Below are positions 58,927-64,000 of a stretch of 64,000 nucleotides of DNA, piece by piece. The notes beneath the pieces were generated by a model. That model had not been told where the DNA came from, did no database searches, and saw nothing but the letters and a program-made list of their open reading frames with translations. A program made the translations under genes and the position numbers. Origin of the DNA: Eremomyces bilateralis CBS 781.70 (taxonomy: Eukaryota); assembly GCA_010015585.1 (NCBI GenBank), contig ML975151.1. One strand, written 5' to 3'. How positions within the stretch are numbered: position 1 is the first letter of the stretch; each line of letters opens with the position of its first letter.

Positions 58927-60939
58927 ATGTCCCTTCTTTCGCGGCTGCTATTTGCGATTTCGCTTTGTACAATCCATCTCTTGTTTGGTCTTGGACTGCG
59001 TATACATTCGTCATTCGATCAAGAATATTCTCCTCAACCCATTTCTCCGCAGATTTATGTTCACAAGGGGCTAGCCAACGCCACTAATTCCACGACACTT
59101 GCAGCAGAGGTCATCCGCGAAGCCCTCAAATGATACTTATGCGATACCTCAATCTCTTCGTAGGCATTATGGGCTTACTCCAGGGACAATTAATGACAAG
59201 CAGTCCCCTCCATTCTCGGTCTACGACGATTACTACAAAAGTCGATTACAACTAATATACTCGACTCGTGGTATATCTGGACCTACCAATGTACAGGTAC
59301 CGCTGGTGTTCATTCCCGAGCCGACGACTCCCTATTGCCTCTCGCAAACCTCTGATATGACAGTAGAAGGGGATACTTGCAACTTGATTGCTTTAACACA
59401 TAACGTTTCCTCGGCCAACCTTTTCATCCAGAACCAGGACGTCATCTACAATTGCAGTGCAATCCCAGCCGGACTGTCCTCGTGTCTTCCTGAGATGTGC
59501 CGGGTCTATGAAATTGGGCCTTCTGACACTTGCACGAGCATCCAGCATGAGCACAACAAGTGGCTTAATAATTTGAAACCGCTCAATTCCTGTATTGACT
59601 TTATCTTGTTACAATGTCCACAACGCCACCATCATATTCGTCAGCATCCTATATCTTACAGAACAGGGAGTAACCGGAGATGGGAGATCGGGAGACGGAA
59701 GTATATATATATCCTAGACCGCGAGATGGTTTCACAATTCAGGCAATGTACCCCCTTAGTGGCGCGACTGTTGCGGATGACATGAATGAGGAGTGCGGTA
59801 GATGGCTCACCTATACTGGTGGGAGGTCGTGTACCAAAATCTGCATGGAGACACACCTGACAATGGAAATTTTCCTTGCGATCAATCCACCCTTGTCAAG
59901 TACAGACTGTACCGGTTCGCTGGTTCAAGGCCTCACCTACTGCATCGGTCCCTCAAACTGGTGGCAAAACCGCCACCCCCTTTCAAGGAACTAACAATCA
60001 CCATCGATGGAGCCTGTAGGAATGGCATCATTTGTCCAGGGGGAGCTTCGGTGGCTGCTGCAGTCGCTCTGGGAACTGCGGCGACACAGATGTACATTGC
60101 GACTGGTACTCATGCGATCCTCGCCATGGAGCATGCAAGGATCGACCGCGTCCAGGTACACTGATTTCCACGGATGGCTCTTGCGCATACACATCGCCGA
60201 TCGAGGCGACGTACAAGGGCTTAGACTTCGGGGATTGCTGCAGTCAGATCACCGGACGTTGCGGATCTTCGGAGGGGTTCTGCGCTCATTCAAACTGTTT
60301 GTTCACCTTCGGGACTGTGAGCGGCCACACATTCTAAATTTTGGCGAGATGTCCGAAGCTGGGACTTGTGGTTTCAACTCTGCGATCGGTGCAGATTGCG
60401 CGGATCGGCTTTTGGGAACTGCTGCAGTGCGGATAGGTAGGGAAAACTGAGGCATATTGTGACGCTTCGACATGTCAACCTACGGCGCCTGCGGACCGAA
60501 TTCTGACAACGACGCGACGTGCCTTGACTCCCGTTTCGGCGACTACTACAGCACAAGCGGATTGCGTGGCTCGTCTGAAGCTCACTGCCAGAGTTCGGCA
60601 CCTGCTACGGCAACGTCTCCCACGATGGGAAATGCGGCGCCAACTCTTACACTCGCAGCACTTGCTTGGACTCGACGTTCGGCGACTGCTGTGGCACGAG
60701 TGGATGGTGCGGGACGGATTCCGCTAATTGCAGCCCGCCAACTTGCGATCCTGATTATGGTGCGTGTGATTCAGGACCCCCAATTTCGACGGATGGGAGT
60801 TGCGGAAGTACCTCTGGTATTTGGCGCAACGTGTCAACGGACCCCGTTCGGGAATTGCTGCTCTCCATATGGGAGGTGTAGGAGTGACAGTATCTATTGT
60901 GATGCTGGCTGCCAGGCCGAGTTCGGTCTGTGTAATTAG
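58927..60939 (+). pseudogene. Secreted LysM plus multiple CBM18 (hevein) chitin-binding protein gene, frameshifted
   Basis: Signal-like N-terminus; LysM-type GDTCNLIA..VSSANL, YEIGPSDTCTSI, FLAINP..CTGSLVQGLTYCIG; repeated (S/T)xDGxC..C..FGxCCS..GxCG....C units spread across all three frames with stops. Confidence 0.85.
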
Positions 60940-62644
60940 ATACTCTTCCCAACGTTCAGTCCATCTCCGGGGCCGACAAGGGATGTGACCATATCCACTC
61001 CGCAAACAAGTAGTCCATATATGTAAGAGACTCATTATTTTGCAGGGACGGGACGTACCATGCCAGACACCGGACACGATGCACCTCGATAGTACCCCGC
61101 CCATCGCATGATTCCGACTAGCGAATGACATGTGGTGCTAGGGGCTGAACCTGGCGCTCCAACCCCACGTTCAGTCGAATATCGGAAGCAAGCCACGCAA
61201 AAGTCGACATAAGTAAGTACATAATACGATCATACTGTAATTGGCAAGGCCAAAGCAAACTTGGACCAGAAACATCAGCTACAAACCAGTGCAGCTCAGC
61301 CTTTATAACAGATTTCACTTCCTATCGACCAACCTCGCCATTCCGTACATAGGGGTACTGAGCGATTCCAGCACCGCGACTCTGTTGCAATCCAGTATGG
61401 TTTGTACGGATGACTGGTCCCGAAGACAGTAGAGGCAGCCTCGGAGACCGGAGTAGCCAAATTGCCAGCCTGTGGTCCCTTCAGTTTCGGGCCATGTCGG
61501 ACACGATGGGGGTTCAAATTCCCCGACTGACAGGTGATTCTCACAAATCTTCCGTTCTCCAGTCAACCCGCGAGATACGTCATGGTCCACCTCGAATGGA
61601 GGGGGACGGTGGTATAGCCTCAACAAAATCAGCACCTCTTCTATACCTGTCCATCGTCTTAGTCAAAGAAGAAAGAGGGGAAATCGTATTTTGGTCAGTT
61701 AAGTTCCCGGTTCGCCGGCATCGGAGCTCCTTCCGTATCATATTCCTCTTCGTCTCCTTCTCTCTCTAGGTCACCATACAGGATTCCACTTGGGACCATC
61801 TTCCATAATCTCAACATCCTCCTGTTATACGACCCTCGCCTTGAATCCCGCAGCAGGGAGATCATGTGGTCGAATCCTCTGGAATCTTCCTTCCATTTGG
61901 GTGGGATGCATGATCTAGCCCAACAACGGGTTAGAAAGGACGCCGTTCCGGACGGTCGAAAGGAAGCCGCACTAGGATGGGTCTTGATTAGCTCCACCCC
62001 GACGAATACAATCAATTCCCGTGACTAGAGGACCATGGCGAAAGTCGGCAGGCCCCTTGGACCTCCTGGTCAAGAGAAAGCCGACGTCGAACATGCGGCC
62101 CACTGATTGGTCAACCCTGCACAACGGGAGAAGACACAGCTGCAGCCCTCTCCCCCCCAGCACCCCAGCCGAGTGGCTCGGCTCTATTACCTCCACGGCC
62201 ATGGAATATCTTCGACGGTGACGGAGATCCCCCCAAACCGTGACACCCTGTCTTCCAGCCAAGGCACGGGGCCAATTGGCCAATTACCTCGCCTCGGACA
62301 CAGCGGCTAACGCGTCGTCGACATATTGCAGATGGCCCTGGATGAAAATTTTTCGTGGAGGCTGATTGATATGCGGGAGCCCGTGGGGTAACGCATAAAT
62401 CATAAATGGAACGAAGCTAACCCGGCGTCTCATGGTTACGACGAGAATCACGAGGTCCCTGGACGCTGGAGACACCGGCTCGGCCGCGAGAGTGGGATTA
62501 TATACCACTGGGGGGCCTCCTTTGTCAAGCATGGGGTGTTAGACTGATCACTGAAGCCACTGACGAACACCCGCGACATTCCTCCCCTCAGTATCCAAAG
62601 CCTCTATCTACAATTTCCTAGTCTCAACCACCCCATTCTTCATC

Positions 62645-63220
62645 ATGTCTCCCTCCCAAGAAACCATCCCCGACGCCAGCGGTGCAGCTCCGCGCGAGCT
62701 CTCCCAAGTCCTCGCCATAAACCGCTCCACCAAAGCCTTCTCCTCCTACGCCGTCTCCCTCGTCTCGCTCCCAGCCGGCGCGCTCTATGCCCCGATCACA
62801 ACCGCCACCCCCGGCGTGAAGGCGTACACGTCCGTGCAAGTCTCGGAGACCGCACACATCGAGCTGAACAGCGACCTGGTGTTCTGCAACCACTCGTGCG
62901 ACCCGAGCCTAATCTTCGACATGGAGCGGAACGAGGTGCGGGTGGTCGACGAGCGGGCGCTAAAGGAGGGGGAGAAGGTGACGTTTTTCTATCCGAGTAC
63001 CGAGTGGGAGATGGCGCAGCCGTTCGATTGCACGTGTGGGACGGAGCGGTGCGTGAAGAGGATCAGTGGGGCGAAGGATATGGATGAAGAGGTGTTGAAG
63101 CGGTATCGCTTGAATGGGCATATTGAGAGGCTGCTGGAGCAGAGGAGGAAGGAGAGGGGGCAGAATGGAAATGCCAATGGGCATCCTACCAACGGACATG
63201 CGACCAATGGCACGGCATGA
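62645..63220 (+). CDS. Small SET / post-SET domain protein
   Basis: YTSVQVS..HIEL..DLVFCNHSCDPS, GEKVTFFYPSTEWEMAQPFDCTCGTERC. Confidence 0.9.
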   Translation: MSPSQETIPDASGAAPRELSQVLAINRSTKAFSSYAVSLVSLPAGALYAPITTATPGVKAYTSVQVSETAHIELNSDLVFCNHSCDPSLIFDMERNEVRVVDERALKEGEKVTFFYPSTEWEMAQPFDCTCGTERCVKRISGAKDMDEEVLKRYRLNGHIERLLEQRRKERGQNGNANGHPTNGHATNGTA

Positions 63221-63834
63221 GCGGACGGCACAGTGGCAATAGAATATGAGGGACTCGATTGAATGAGACCAACGGGATATACCCAGATACAACGCGAGTG
63301 GATAGTCTTGAAAATCCTAAGGAATTACCGAAAGTTGGGAATTCGGATTGCATCTTCCATTTTGGTCGCAAAGACATCTCGTCCTGAGTGCACTGACAAC
63401 ACAACCCCCTTTCCATCCGCGTTGCTACAACTCGCCATATAACAACCGAGCAAACCGCTAAGAACCACTCTCCAATCTGCTCGCAAGTCGGGCCCGTCCA
63501 AGAACATCGCCAACGTCGCGGCCGAAATCAATCCGAAGCCGACCATCGAGACCCTCTTCCAAACGCCGGTCCTTCCATGCTACAGCCGCTGATCGAAATT
63601 GAAAACAAAAATGGGAAACAATAAAAAAGTTCTTGGTCTCCATGACTCGTGAAACTCCCTGCTGCTGAAACCGAGCAATCGTAGCGCGCCGAAAGATCGC
63701 GCGGATCGAACCAACCCCACCGACATCATTCAAACAGTGAAGTATATCAAACATCGAGATATTTTGGTTCCAAGCCGTCCAACCCCACCGTTCCCCCACC
63801 CGTGCATATCCTCAAATAGCAAAGTCCGCCGAAG

Positions 63835-64000
63835 TTACAGCACCCCTCCCGGCAGCTCCCCCAGTCCGCCATGCTGCGTCCCCTGATTAATAAAGTTCAC
63901 ATGCCCTTCCTGCGGCGCCGCATGCCTCCTCAGCATGAACATCGGCTTCCTTCCCTCCTTATCCAGCTGCTTGAACAGGATCAACGGCCGCTCATTCAGC
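63835..64000 (-). CDS. ste50: 3' end of MAPK adaptor Ste50 (end of RA domain); partial
   Basis: Minus-strand frame LNERPLILFKQLDKEGRKPMFMLRRH...ELPGGVL*, matching the recalled Ste50 C-terminus of filamentous fungi. Confidence 0.82.
   Translation of the reverse strand, partial: LNERPLILFKQLDKEGRKPMFMLRRHAAPQEGHVNFINQGTQHGGLGELPGGVL

Noticed and set aside
61490..61535. GGGGTTCAAATTCCCCG resembling a tRNA T-arm or B box
   Set aside because: I could not fold an acceptor stem, D-arm or anticodon arm around it.
61000..62540. Possible degenerate gene, checked as a candidate NLR effector or chitinase remnant
   Set aside because: No HeLo, GH18 (DxxDxDxE) or amyloid-like motif could be read in the listed ORFs.
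63325..63799. Minus-strand ORFs downstream of ste50
   Set aside because: No motifs; probably 3' UTR or intergenic sequence between convergent genes.

Overview
Intron-containing filamentous ascomycete (Pezizomycotina) genomic DNA with about 20 protein-coding loci, several of them pseudogenes. From left to right: a subtilisin-like gene whose spliced product lacks the catalytic Asp/His segment; a MITE-like element; a divergent siderophore esterase and MFS siderophore transporter pair (EstA/MirA-like) whose shared promoter holds four copies of a composite PacC plus SreA-type module; a UPF0656-like gene, a bestrophin, dma1, and DUF1275 and DUF2457-like genes; a ~7 kb gene-poor stretch; and a disrupted membrane-protein gene. 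Next come a Ubc4-derived E2 with Thr in place of the catalytic Cys, pex11C, a But2-like secreted protein, a SprT-like (HQxxH) plus BTB-like protein, a PMP22/Mpv17 gene, and an apparently intact Fot1/pogo transposon that contains an assembly gap. The right end has a BCAS3-like WD gene, a 64-bp mini-MITE, a decayed NACHT-WD NLR with a spliced N-terminal HET-s-like amyloid motif (missing from the ORF track) lying head-to-head with a decayed LysM/CBM18 gene, a small SET protein and the 3' end of ste50. All family calls come from reading motifs by eye and from recalled sequences; no searches were run.
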